This document shows, in pieces, positions 41,544-52,267 of a DNA stretch of 64,000 nt. Position 1 is the stretch's first letter, and the number at the start of each line of letters is the position of its first letter. The notes below the pieces were generated by a model that made no database searches, was not told the DNA's origin, and saw only the letters and a list, made by a program, of their open reading frames with translations. The DNA is from a candidate division FCPU426 bacterium (lineage in GTDB: Bacteria > Oederibacteriota > Muellerivitia > Muellerivitales > Muellerivitaceae), in NCBI GenBank assembly GCA_963771075.1, contig CAVYSE010000003.1, positions 256,001-320,000 on the forward strand. The letters run 5' to 3'. The position numbers and the translations under genes were made by a program.

Positions 41544-43748
41544 TTATCGCGGCTCGATTCGGCGGGCGCTGACCACCCCCCGGACCCTTTGCAATTTTTT
41601 AAGCACTTTTTCCAAATGATCGAGGGAGGGGATGGCGATGAGGAAGTATCCTTGCGCCCATCCGCCTTCCAGCGCCCTGGCGTTCGCCTCGTTGATGATC
41701 ATGCCCTCCTCGGAGATGGCCAAAAGAATGTCCGCCAGCAGTTTTTCCCGGTTCTTCGCCTTCACTTCCAGCGCCACCTCGTAAACCTGGTTGGCGTCCC
41801 CTTCCCAGTTCACGGGAATCATGCGGTTCTCCCCCTCGGGCAGCTGGAGGGTATTGGGGCAGTCGGTGCGGTGGATGGAAATGCCGCGGCCCCGGGTGAT
41901 GTAACCCACGATCGCGTCGCCCGGAACAGGGGTACAGCAACGGGCGAAGCGGATGAGGTAATCCTGGTGCCCGCCCACGGTGATGCCCTTCAGGCCCGAG
42001 ATGGGAGCCTCGGTCGGCGTCAGCAGGGGCTTGAAGGGCTTGGCTTCCGGGGCCTTGGGCTCTATCTTTTCGGGCTTCGCGGTAGGCGATTCCGCCTCAT
42101 TCTTGGCGACCAGGCGGTTCAATAGCGTCTTGGGGGAAGTTTCCCCATGGCCGATATTGGCCAAAAGCTCGTTCAGGGAATGGCAGTTCAAGGATTCAAA
42201 AAACGGGTCCAGGGTGCCCGTCTTGAACACATCGACCGGGTCCAGACCCATACGCACCGCTTCCCGCTCCACCATGTGCCGGCCCTTGTCGATTTCCTCG
42301 GCCGAAAGGTGGTTTCGGAACCAGTGGCGTATCTTATTCTTCGCGCGGCTGGTGGTGACGATCTTGAGCCAGTCCCGGCTGGGGGTGCGGGAGGACTGGG
42401 TGAGCACCTCCACGATGTCGCCGTTCTTTAATACGGAACGGAGGGGCACCATCTGCCCGTTCACCTTCACGCCCATGCAATGGGTCCCCAAGTCGGTGTG
42501 GACGCAATAGGCGAAATCCAGGGCGGTTGCGCCCTTGGGCAGTTCCTTCACCTCGCCCGTGGGGGTGAAGACGAAGACCTCGTCGTCGAACAGGTCCACC
42601 TTCATGGCCTCGGCGAAATCGGTGGTGTCCTTGATGTCCTGCTGGAGGTCCAGGAGCTGGCGCATCCAGGCGAATTTCTCGTCCTCCTTCTCGACGGACC
42701 GCCCTTCCTTGTAGATCCAGTGGGCGGCGATGCCCTCCTCCGCGGTTCGGTGCATCTCGAAGGTGCGGATCTGGATTTCCAGGGGCTGGCCCGCGGGCCC
42801 CATCACGGTGGTGTGAAGGCTCTGGTACATGTTGTTCTTCGGCATGGCCACGTAGTCCTTGAAGCGGCCGGGCAGGGGCTTCCAGATGGTGTGGACCATC
42901 CCCAGGATCTCGTAGCATTCCTTCACCGTGTTGGTGAGAACCCGCATGGCCATCAGGTCGTAGATCTCGTCGAAGTCCTTTTTCTGCTGGACCATCTTCT
43001 GGTAGATGCTGGAGAAATGCTTGGACCTTCCCTGGACCTGGGCGATGATGCCGGCTTCCTTCATCCTTTGTTCCAGCTGGGTCTTGATGCCCGCCAGCAT
43101 TTCATCCCGCTCGGCCTTTTTCATGGCCACTTTTTTCACCAGCTCACGGTAATCTTCCGGCTGGAGGGTGCGCATGCAAAGGTCCTCCAACTCACTCTTG
43201 ATCTTGGAGATGCCCAGCCGGTGGGCCAGCGGGGCGTAAAGCTCCAGGGTTTCCCGGGCCATCTTTTCCTGCCGTTCGACGGGCAGGTACTCCAGGGTGC
43301 GCATGTTGTGGGTCCGGTCGGCCAGCTTGATGAGGATGACCCGCACGTCCTTGGCCATGGCCACCATCATCTTGCGGGTGGATTCGGCGTGGCGGAGGGT
43401 GGAATCCTGGAATTTGCGCTTGGTGATCTTGGTGACCCCGTCCACCAGGTTGGCGATCTCCTCGCCAAACTCGGTTTTCAATTGATCCAGGGTGACGGGG
43501 GTATCTTCCAGGATGTCGTGCAAAAGGCCTGCGGCGATGGTCACCGAATCCATGTGAAGGTCGGCCAGGATATCGGCCACCCCGACCAGGTGGGTCAAGT
43601 AGGCGTCCCCGGAAAGGCGTTGCTGTCCCTCATGGGCCTTCTGGGCGAATTCATAAGCCTTTTGAATGAGGGGGCGGTTGAGGGTGGTTTCGAGCACAGG
43701 GGTTCCCGGACCGGAAGATGACTTGTCGAGCAGCGCCTGAATCCCCAT
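41544..43748 (-). CDS. rel: Bifunctional (p)ppGpp synthetase/hydrolase (long RSH)
   Basis: Intact HD (LLHDILED), RFKDY, YQSLHT, EIQIRT, TGS and ACT domains. Confidence 0.95.
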   Translation of the reverse strand: MGIQALLDKSSSGPGTPVLETTLNRPLIQKAYEFAQKAHEGQQRLSGDAYLTHLVGVADILADLHMDSVTIAAGLLHDILEDTPVTLDQLKTEFGEEIANLVDGVTKITKRKFQDSTLRHAESTRKMMVAMAKDVRVILIKLADRTHNMRTLEYLPVERQEKMARETLELYAPLAHRLGISKIKSELEDLCMRTLQPEDYRELVKKVAMKKAERDEMLAGIKTQLEQRMKEAGIIAQVQGRSKHFSSIYQKMVQQKKDFDEIYDLMAMRVLTNTVKECYEILGMVHTIWKPLPGRFKDYVAMPKNNMYQSLHTTVMGPAGQPLEIQIRTFEMHRTAEEGIAAHWIYKEGRSVEKEDEKFAWMRQLLDLQQDIKDTTDFAEAMKVDLFDDEVFVFTPTGEVKELPKGATALDFAYCVHTDLGTHCMGVKVNGQMVPLRSVLKNGDIVEVLTQSSRTPSRDWLKIVTTSRAKNKIRHWFRNHLSAEEIDKGRHMVEREAVRMGLDPVDVFKTGTLDPFFESLNCHSLNELLANIGHGETSPKTLLNRLVAKNEAESPTAKPEKIEPKAPEAKPFKPLLTPTEAPISGLKGITVGGHQDYLIRFARCCTPVPGDAIVGYITRGRGISIHRTDCPNTLQLPEGENRMIPVNWEGDANQVYEVALEVKAKNREKLLADILLAISEEGMIINEANARALEGGWAQGYFLIAIPSLDHLEKVLKKLQRVRGVVSARRIEPR

Positions 43749-44363
43749 TGAGAACCTCGTTTGAACAATACCAATGCCAATGATTTAACGTTACCTTAAC
43801 ACCGGGGCACCCTGAAGAAAAGGGGGGCTATTTAGAAGTTAGAGAGGAGTTCAAAGACTTTTAAGGGAATTAGGAAAAAAGGGATTAGCGTCGACGTGGT
43901 CACAATCAGGTTTTTATTCGAGGTGAAGCTAGGCGAAGTGGACAAACCATTTCCAAACAAAAAATGAGTGTCTGGCTTAAAGATTGTTCTTTAGGAGCCT
44001 TTTGGTAAACCTCTTGTCTTCCTTCAACCAATGAAGCCTGAACAACCATCTAGGGCCAGACTCCTCGGCTCCTCTGAATTGGATTATGTGATTCGTCTGG
44101 ATGGTTCTGCTGCTCGTCCATGTTATGCCTCCTGTCGGGCCTTACAGCCCGCTCTGGGAGGCGGTAAACTATCTCAGCTTGGTGCTAAAATACGGAAAGA
44201 CTTTTGTTACACCTTACAAACATAGGCCAGTCATCGGTGGCATGAAGATTTCCAATATCGGTTAAAACAAAAAATATCATCAAAAATAGAAATTTTTTAG
44301 GTAAGGTTTTTAAGAGTCGCATACCCAAATTCAAACCCTTTCAACATAATCAGTGATAATCCG

Positions 44364-44645
44364 TTAATTTCTTTTTTTCTCTTCGATTAAACCTAGTGTG
44401 AATTTAGTTACAAAATAAATAAAACCCATACACAAAACCATAAAACTCATTCCAAACAAAATAACTACAAGATCAAAAACAACACCCCCCAGAATAGAAA
44501 CGTTCGTTAAATGATGCACATATACATAATGAATTGGTATTAAAGCGCCAACAAAACCAACCGCAATACTTGATAAAAGGAAAAAAACCAAATAGATCTT
44601 ATTAGTTCTTATGTCGGTTAAAGTTTTGTCAGTCAACTCTTGCAT
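44364..44645 (-). CDS. Small AT-rich two-TM hypothetical protein
   Basis: GGAG SD before ATG; two hydrophobic helices. Confidence 0.6.
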   Translation of the reverse strand: MQELTDKTLTDIRTNKIYLVFFLLSSIAVGFVGALIPIHYVYVHHLTNVSILGGVVFDLVVILFGMSFMVLCMGFIYFVTKFTLGLIEEKKRN

Positions 44646-45014
44646 TTAATCTCCAAGTCGAGAAATTTAAAATTTATCCGTTGAGTTTTCAGTTTCCACA
44701 ACTACTCTTATTACTCGAAACGTCGTTTAAAAGATTACCCGCTAATCCAAGCCCTCCAAAACTGCCCGAACTACTTGTGTAGTGTTCACAAAATATCTTC
44801 CCGAATTTTTGGTACCAGCTTGAAGAAAAACTTAGGGGTCAGAGCCCATAGATTCCAGCTTAGGCTTTAAGACGCCCGCTCCACTAGCAACGCCTTCCAA
44901 TCCGTATTATTTCATCGGGATTTGAACTCGAATTTCGTCGATCGATCCTTGTTATACCCCACCCGCTCACAGAGAAAACTCTGGGGGCTGGCCGGAGAGG
45001 GCCAACCCTGCTTC

Positions 45015-46904
45015 TTATATCTTCACGCCCACCGATTTCAAATAACCCGCCACCTGGGCGTCATTGGGGTTGAGGCTATAGGCCTTCTTCCAGGCCGTAA
45101 TGGCGTCGGCCTTATGACCTGATTTCACATAGCAAACCCCCAGGTTCACATAGACCGATTCCACATTGGGGGCGTAGGGCAGATACCGCTCAAAATTGGC
45201 CGCCGCCTGCTCGTAACGGTTCAGGGTGAAATAGCAAATCCCTTCCAGCCAAAGGCTGGCGGAATAATTCGGCGCCATGGCCAAATTCTTTTGGCAAGTG
45301 CACAAAGCCTCTTCCGTCCGGCCCAACATCAATTGATCCTGGGCCATGGCATAGTAGGCTTCCACGGCGTTGGGATTGATGGCTATTTCCTTGTCATAGG
45401 CCGATAAAGCTTCCTCCAATTGCTTGTTCAGTTCCCTGGCCTTCGCGACCGCATCCCAGGCTTTGGGATCGGTGGCCGCTAACGCGGCCAAACGATTGGC
45501 GTATTGAAGGGCATTGCCGGGCTTATTAAGATTGGTTTCCCCAAGGGTGTCTCTCAAGGCGATGGAAGCGGCCATGGTTTTCGCCCCAAAGACGCCCAAC
45601 AGCAACAACCCAACGCTTAGAAGCGCGAGATGGGCCGCACCCACCCGGTTCGATTTCACCAAATGGGGCTGGCGGAAACCCAAAACAAGGGGCGACGCCA
45701 AGAAAAAGCCCAACAAAACTCCGGTCGGGATAACTTGAAAGGGGAAATTCGTGACCGCTTGGCCCAACAAACCGGCCAAGGAGGCAAGGACACCCAAAAG
45801 GAGTTCTTTGGAAGCGATCGGGATATCAGGATGCTTCAATAGTTTCAAAACCAGCCATAAATAAACCAGTAAAACCAAAAGAAAAAGGGCTAGACCCACC
45901 CATCCCCCCTCCACGGCAATCTGCAAAAACTCATTATGCATATGCTCGGTCAAAACGAAGGGATGGTTGGGCAAATCCGCGGGAGCATAGGCCTTCCACT
46001 GATAGAGGGCGAAATCCCGCCCCAATTGGCCGAGACCGATTCCGTTGATGGGATGTTCCTTGATCATTTCCATCCCAACCCGGTAAGTTTGAAGACGTTG
46101 TTGAATGGAGGCTTGACCCCATTCAAAGGCGTTCCACCCGCCGTACCGAAGCCAAAAGGCCACTGCCCCCGCTACTAAAACCGCAAGGACAATCCAAAGA
46201 GTCTTTTTGTTTTTTTTGACCAATTCCCTTCCCCAGGGCATGAATAGACCCAGCGATAAAACGAGAAGAGCGATGATTAAGGCAAGGAGGGCCCCGCGAA
46301 CCCGGGTCATGAGTAATCCGGCGAATAAAAGGAAGGTGATGGCCCTGAAACCGACCCAAGCCCTTTGGCCGGAGGACCGCATGGTCAAAACCAAAGACAG
46401 GGGAAGCAAAGCCACCAGGTAACCAGCCAGATAATCGGGATTGCCCAGGGTACCGAAGGCCCGGCGTTCAAAATGGGTATCCCAATGGGTGGCGTCCGCC
46501 CCCACCGTTTGGGAAATGCCGTATGCCGCCGCGATCACCCCCGCCGCCAGGACCCCATGAAGCATTTTTTCGTAGGAGACGCCTTTCTCGGCAGCCATGA
46601 TCACTCCGAGAAAGGTTAAAAAGATAACCCATAGGTAGGCGGATCCGCCAATGACGGACCAAGGATCGCTCGCGATGAGGAAACCATCCCCGATCATCCA
46701 AAGGCAAAAGAAGGCCAATAGGTAAACGAGGGTTTTTTTAGCCAGCGCGTGGGTGTGAAGGGTTAACCCTAATAATAAAAAACCCGCTCCAATCGCGACT
46801 ATTTCCTTGGGAAGGACAAAGCCATCGGCGCTTCGGTTGAAAAAGGCCAGCGGCACCCAAAATAGAAGAAGGCCGATGGATACCCGGCCCAAACGATCAA
46901 TCAT
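45015..46904 (-). CDS. O-antigen ligase-like membrane protein with C-terminal TPRs
   Basis: FVLPK, GTLGNPDY, TRVRGA, HPINGIG, HMHNEFLQ; TPR tail. Confidence 0.85.
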   Translation of the reverse strand: MIDRLGRVSIGLLLFWVPLAFFNRSADGFVLPKEIVAIGAGFLLLGLTLHTHALAKKTLVYLLAFFCLWMIGDGFLIASDPWSVIGGSAYLWVIFLTFLGVIMAAEKGVSYEKMLHGVLAAGVIAAAYGISQTVGADATHWDTHFERRAFGTLGNPDYLAGYLVALLPLSLVLTMRSSGQRAWVGFRAITFLLFAGLLMTRVRGALLALIIALLVLSLGLFMPWGRELVKKNKKTLWIVLAVLVAGAVAFWLRYGGWNAFEWGQASIQQRLQTYRVGMEMIKEHPINGIGLGQLGRDFALYQWKAYAPADLPNHPFVLTEHMHNEFLQIAVEGGWVGLALFLLVLLVYLWLVLKLLKHPDIPIASKELLLGVLASLAGLLGQAVTNFPFQVIPTGVLLGFFLASPLVLGFRQPHLVKSNRVGAAHLALLSVGLLLLGVFGAKTMAASIALRDTLGETNLNKPGNALQYANRLAALAATDPKAWDAVAKARELNKQLEEALSAYDKEIAINPNAVEAYYAMAQDQLMLGRTEEALCTCQKNLAMAPNYSASLWLEGICYFTLNRYEQAAANFERYLPYAPNVESVYVNLGVCYVKSGHKADAITAWKKAYSLNPNDAQVAGYLKSVGVKI

Positions 46905-46958
46905 TGACTTGTTCTCCCTTAAAAAAATCGTAACTGCTCAGCGCAGCTTAAAAAACAT

Positions 46959-47145
46959 CCAACACAAAGATACGAAGACACCCCCATATGATTCACCGTG
47001 AATCATATGGGGTAGTACCGCCATCATTAAACCAATCAAATGGAGGGGCGGCACACAAAGGGCAGCAAAAGAAGAATAAATACCTAAAAAATCTAAAACC
47101 AGGGCCCTTTTTGCCTTTCTTCGTGGCTTTGTGGCTTCGTGTTGG
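46959..47145. repeat. Nonamer-periodic inverted-repeat element enclosing a perfect palindrome
   Basis: CCAACACAAAGATACGAAGACAC ... CTTCGTGGCTTTGTGGCTTCGTGTTGG. Confidence 0.7.
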
Positions 47146-47187
47146 CTGTGGGTTTGCCGGGCCTGAACTATTACAAATTTTATTTTA

Positions 47188-47412
47188 TTACTTTCGGTGT
47201 CGGGATTTCTTGCCCGGATGATCCGGGATGCCGCTTTTTTTCTTCGCCCAAAATCTTCGTGGAAAATCCGCGGCAATGATTAAAAAAGCCCCGACGCAAA
47301 AGATAAACACCCTCCAGAAGGGGCTGGCCTGCCCCCCAAAAACAAGGGACCCCATTACCACCAGGACTCCTGAAACCGAAATCGCGGTTCCCACTATTTT
47401 CGTATTTTCCAC
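47188..47412 (-). CDS. Small two-TM hypothetical protein
   Basis: GTG start after GAGGGG; two hydrophobic segments, basic tail. Confidence 0.5.
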   Translation of the reverse strand: MENTKIVGTAISVSGVLVVMGSLVFGGQASPFWRVFIFCVGAFLIIAADFPRRFWAKKKSGIPDHPGKKSRHRK

Positions 47413-47592
47413 GATACCCCTCTTGGAACATGGATGAGCTTACCGATTCAACGATGTCTTTTTAAACCCTATTCTACTTCCCCGGCTTTTGTTCCATCTC
47501 CCTTAATTGGGCCTGCCAAAGTGGATGCCATCCTGACGTTGTGCATCGCGCATAAAGGCCGTGGCGCCCAAAAAAACAGAGAGTCCCGTTTA

Positions 47593-49797
47593 TCAGAGCT
47601 TGGAAAGCGGCTTGAAACAAAGAAAAAGATCCACCACGCGGCCCTTTTCAGTAAGTGGTTCGAACGAAATCCGGTAAATTCCTCCCAAGGGGGTCAACTC
47701 CATCAGGCGGGTATGGCGCTGGATATAATCATCCAGCCGTTTCCACTCTCCCCCGCTCAAGGGGTACTGGGAATATTCTTCCGAAAGACGAATCCCCTCC
47801 TCTCTCAAGACCACCAGTCCTTCCACCCCCATTTCCTTGAGAGCCAACGCGATTCCATCCCCATCCCGTCTTTTCCGGGCTAAACCTGCCATCACTTGGA
47901 CGTCAAAAACACTGTTGGTAATGACGGGCGGGGAGTAATAGAGTCCCCGAGCGTCTCCCGCCACCAGACATTTCTCATCCGGATTAAACCAACCGGCGCA
48001 ATCCTGGGCCAGGGGGTAATAGGTGGCGGTCTGCCCGCACTGGCTTAAATAGTCCTCGCGGTTTTCGGCGCCTCCCCAAACCCTTCCATCACCGTAATAG
48101 AGGACGCCCACCCGCATCATCTGGAGGAAATTCAAAATAAAGAAGACCAGCACAGCCACCTTCCAAGCCCGGCGGAAATTTTTATCCAGGAACCGCCCGG
48201 CGAAAAGACTCATGCCCACGAAACAAGGCATCAGCGCCGCCAACCCAAGCCGGACCAGGTGCGTCACGCAAAGCCCACCAATCAGGGATATCCCCCCTGC
48301 CGCCAATAACTTCAAGGTTTGCCCCTTGGTCCCCTTTCCCAGGAAAAGCAGGGGGAAAAACGAGAAAAGAACCGGAGCAATAGTCCCACCCAGGTCCCGG
48401 GTGAATATTCTTTGGACCCAAAGGGTCCAAGTCTCCCCCGGAGCGAAGGCTTCGACATGGTCGCGCATGAGCTGGGCCATCCGCTCCGGCGGCAGGCCGT
48501 GGCCCCCAAACCAGGACCCTAAATAGGGATAAAGGGGGTTGGCGGTATAGGCCCAGTTCTTGATAAGCCAAGGCAGGAATAAAATAAGAGGCGGAACCAG
48601 CAAGCCCAGGACAACGGATAGTTTTTTTTCACGTTGCCCAAGAAGCCCCGGCCCCCAAACCAGAAGACCGGTCCCAATCCCCAACAGGGCCGTGTATTTC
48701 ACCGCGAGAGCCGCGCCCGCCATGATCCCCGCCCGCCAAAACCAGGATTTTCCCCCCGTTTTCACCGAGGAACACGCGCGACCCAGGCAGTAATAAAAGA
48801 GCAGGATGAAAAGCGCCTGCAAGAGATCCACCCGTGTAGTCCAAGCCCCCGTCACGGCCAAGGGGAAACCCAAGACCAATCCGGCCGCGAGGAACGCGGA
48901 ATTTTTCCCGCTTTCCTCCCAAGCCCATCCGCCTGACGCCAGGGCCAGGAGAACCAGGATGAACGCGTTCAACCCCTTCACGGCTTCCCCCGATCCCCAA
49001 AGGAAAGCCCCCAGAAAATCCATCTCTCCCCCGAATGGGAAAGCGGCGTAAAGGTTGGTGGAAAGGTTGGAGATGCCATGGGTCTGGGTCCAATCATTTA
49101 AAGTGGAAAGGTGGTAAACCAGGCTGTCGTAATAAACATCCGGCAGGGCGGCTTGGCCCAGGGATAGAAAGACCGCCAGAAGGCAGAGCCCCCCAAGTAT
49201 CAGGTTGTAAACGAGGGATAGGTCGAGGTGAGTAAAGGCATTTCGTTTGACCCTTTTCCCAAGAATCAGGGTTTTCTCTTTGTCTCTTACACTGCCCATA
49301 AGGTTCGGTCCCAATGGGCTCAGTGTTGAATGATGCGTTAGTTCACTTCGTAAAATTTGCGCGGCATCCCAAAGGGCCAACCCCAGGGCCGACAGAGCGA
49401 TGGGAAAAATCATTTCCTCCCGCCAAAGCCTGTTCAAACCCCAACCCATCCAGAAAAGCTGGACCCCCGCCAAACCCAAGGCGGTTTCCAGGATTGGAAC
49501 CATGGGCCCGGTTCCGGGCAGCCCCAGGATCCTGCCCAACCTGCGGCCCCAGGCCCAAAAAACCACGATGAAAGCCAAATCCAACAGAAGGGTTTTCAGG
49601 AGGGAAAGAAAAACCGAAAGCGCCACAACCAAACGGGCATCGCACAAATCCTTCCGGATCGTTTCCCAAAAACCTTGTCCCAGCAAGGACTCGTGCCCGA
49701 AATAATGGTAGGTCAGCCAAACCGCCCAGACGACCCATAGGGTCTGGAAAAGCCATTGGGTCTTGCGCGTTAAGCGGGGGGGTGAGGTTGCAATCAT
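47593..49797 (-). CDS. Large polytopic GT-C-like membrane protein (paralog A)
   Basis: YDSLVYHL, ALAVKYT, PWLIKNWAYTANPLYPY motifs; >12 TM. Confidence 0.72.
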   Translation of the reverse strand: MIATSPPRLTRKTQWLFQTLWVVWAVWLTYHYFGHESLLGQGFWETIRKDLCDARLVVALSVFLSLLKTLLLDLAFIVVFWAWGRRLGRILGLPGTGPMVPILETALGLAGVQLFWMGWGLNRLWREEMIFPIALSALGLALWDAAQILRSELTHHSTLSPLGPNLMGSVRDKEKTLILGKRVKRNAFTHLDLSLVYNLILGGLCLLAVFLSLGQAALPDVYYDSLVYHLSTLNDWTQTHGISNLSTNLYAAFPFGGEMDFLGAFLWGSGEAVKGLNAFILVLLALASGGWAWEESGKNSAFLAAGLVLGFPLAVTGAWTTRVDLLQALFILLFYYCLGRACSSVKTGGKSWFWRAGIMAGAALAVKYTALLGIGTGLLVWGPGLLGQREKKLSVVLGLLVPPLILFLPWLIKNWAYTANPLYPYLGSWFGGHGLPPERMAQLMRDHVEAFAPGETWTLWVQRIFTRDLGGTIAPVLFSFFPLLFLGKGTKGQTLKLLAAGGISLIGGLCVTHLVRLGLAALMPCFVGMSLFAGRFLDKNFRRAWKVAVLVFFILNFLQMMRVGVLYYGDGRVWGGAENREDYLSQCGQTATYYPLAQDCAGWFNPDEKCLVAGDARGLYYSPPVITNSVFDVQVMAGLARKRRDGDGIALALKEMGVEGLVVLREEGIRLSEEYSQYPLSGGEWKRLDDYIQRHTRLMELTPLGGIYRISFEPLTEKGRVVDLFLCFKPLSKL

Positions 49798-49939
49798 GAA
49801 CTTATTGTAAGAGAGGAAGAAATCAATGGCTTCGGGAATAATCGCTTGAGCCTGTGTTTGAATAGAAGGCCAGGCATCCCAAGGACTGCCATTCAGGACA
49901 AGATGGGGAAAGGTTCCCGGCGGTTGGAAGGGGAAACAC

Positions 49940-52104
49940 TCAAGGTTTCGCCTCCACGGTCTTGATCAACCCCGACTTAGGGTCCAAAAAGAGAAAGGGA
50001 TCGACCGGGGCCCTTACCGGTTCGGGCTTTAATTCATCCTTCACCCAATAGGCCTGAAGGGAAGGGCGGATATATAACGGCTTCAACCCCTCCCTGAAAA
50101 GAAGGTCCACTTTGGCCCATTCATCGGGTTTTAATGAATAGAGGCCATATTGCCGGCTCAATCGAATCCCCTCCGGCAGGTTCATGACCACCGCTTTCAC
50201 CCCGGCTTCCTTCAATCTCCTGAGGATGCCCTGGGCGTCCTTTTCCTCCCTCGCGGCGGCCTCCAAAAAGGGCGTGTCAAAGGCCGAATTGGCCAGGAAA
50301 GGCCGGGAATAAGCGAGCCCCCTCGCGTCGCCCACCACTAACACCCCGGCGTCCGCAGGAAGATTCCCGCACCATCGGGCCAGCGGCTCGTAGGAATTTT
50401 CCATCACCCGGTCCAGGTAGGTTTCCCGGTTTTCCCTTCCCGACCAAACCCCCGCCCCGTCGAAAAAGCGCGCGCTCATGAGGATATGCGGTCCAAGGTT
50501 CAGGAAGGCCGAAAGTCCCAGCGCGGCCCAGGCCGTTTTTTTCACCCCCGCGCCGGATTGGGCCACGGCCTTTCCCACCAGCATGAACAACAGCAGGAAA
50601 CCCGGCATCAGGAACCTCAGCATGTGGGTGGTACAAAGTCCAAGGACCAGGTAAACCGCGGTCAACCTGGCCAGGCCCCTCCAACGGTCATCCAGCCTTT
50701 TCATAAAAAATATCAGCGGAAGAAAACCGAGAACCAAGGGGCCCACAAATTGGGTGTCCCCAGTCATCGGCATCGTCAAGCGCCAGGGGAGGGTCAACAG
50801 GGAAAGAAGCCCCTGGTCCATCGGAAGGAATTGGCGGTTCTCTCCCAGGAGCCGCGCGTAATGCTCAGGCGTCAAGGACCTACCGCCGAATAGCTCCGAG
50901 GCGTAGGGAAAGATCGGGTTCCCCGCGAAGGCCCAATTCTTGAGGAGCCAGGGGCCGGCGAAGATCGAGAACCCCAACGTCGCGTAAACCCAATGGCGCG
51001 GTCGGAAAAACCAACGGGCCCCCCGGGCGTAGAGAAGGATGGGCGAGACCGCCGCCATGGCCAGGAGGGCCGTAGGCTTCACCCCGACCGCCGCCCCGGC
51101 AAGACAACAGGCGAGTAAAACCCAAGCCTCCTCCCCTTGGCTTCTTTCAAAAGGCCGCTTGAACGGGAGAACATGGGAGAGCGAATAAAAGAACAAGAGG
51201 GTAAGAAGGGACACTAACCCGTCCACCCGAGCCGCCCAGGAATTAACGAAGAGCAGGGGAAAGGTGAGGGTCCAAAAGGCCGCGAAGAGCGCGCCTTCAC
51301 CCTCGCCCCATTCCTTCATCCAGGCCCAGACCACTCCCACGCAAAGTACGAGAAGAAGCGCGTTGAGCATTTTCGCGCCCTCCGACCCTCCGGCGACCAG
51401 GCCATTCATGAAAAGAGGGAACCTCCATGAAAATAACCCGACAGCATCTGCGTGGGGAGGTCGCAGATGCCGTGGCGGTTCAACCAGGCCTGGGGCATTC
51501 CGAGAAAATAGTTGAGTGAATCATAAAAAGTCTCAGGCAGTAGGTCTTGCCCGACCAAGAAGGCCAGGTAAAGGAAAGTCAAAATACCAAACAAAAGGTG
51601 CGGGATACTCCATCGGTGCCGTGGAACCTCCAGGCGGACCCTTCGCGGGTCCGCTCGGAGGTCCCAGATCACCCAGATACCGGCCAAAAGGGTCCAGAGA
51701 CCCCACAAACTTGGAAACCATAAACCCGTCAGCCCCAAGCCCATCCAAAGGGTGTTGAGCGCCAGGAGCCCAAGGGAAAAATCCAGGAACAATTCCATGA
51801 AGCCGGCCCTTACGGACCTTTTAAAAAATAAACGTATTTTCTTCCCCGTCCGCCAAGCGAGAAGGAAGGTCCAAAGACATACAAAAAGAGCCTTCCCAAA
51901 AACCAGCCAATTGTGAATCTTTTCCGGGAATGGATTGTCAGGAAATCGCCCTAAAGAAAGCCAAGTTTTGAACAAGGGAATCGGATTTTCCAGGACCGAA
52001 TAAAAACAATACAACAAGAACAGATTCCAAAAACCAAACAAAAACAAAGCCGCCAAAGCGGGACTTTTGTTAAAACGGTCGGTGGAATTAACTTTTGGTT
52101 CCAT
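49940..52104 (-). CDS. Large polytopic GT-C-like membrane protein (paralog B; indel at A-run 51411-51414)
   Basis: YDSLNYFL, AVGVKPT, PWLLKNWAFAGNPIFPY; collinear with paralog A after +1 correction. Confidence 0.72.
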
Positions 52105-52220
52105 AGATTGATAACATGGAGGTTATTCCATTTCCTTGAGGTATGCCAGGCAATGGTTTCCCAAAAAAACCACTGAATCCTTGGGTTTTTTGAGCGTGAA
52201 AAAACAAAAAAGGGGGGGCA

Positions 52221-52252
52221 AAAAAAAAGCACCCCGCTTACACAGGGTGCTT
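52221..52252 (-). terminator. Intrinsic terminator after HU
   Basis: Minus strand AAGCACCC-loop-GGGTGC then T8. Confidence 0.8.
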
Positions 52253-52267
52253 CAAGAAAGGTTCAAA

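Noticed and set aside
44895..44970. T-arm-like GAGTTCAAATCCC on the minus strand
   Set aside because: No cloverleaf or CCA end could be built.
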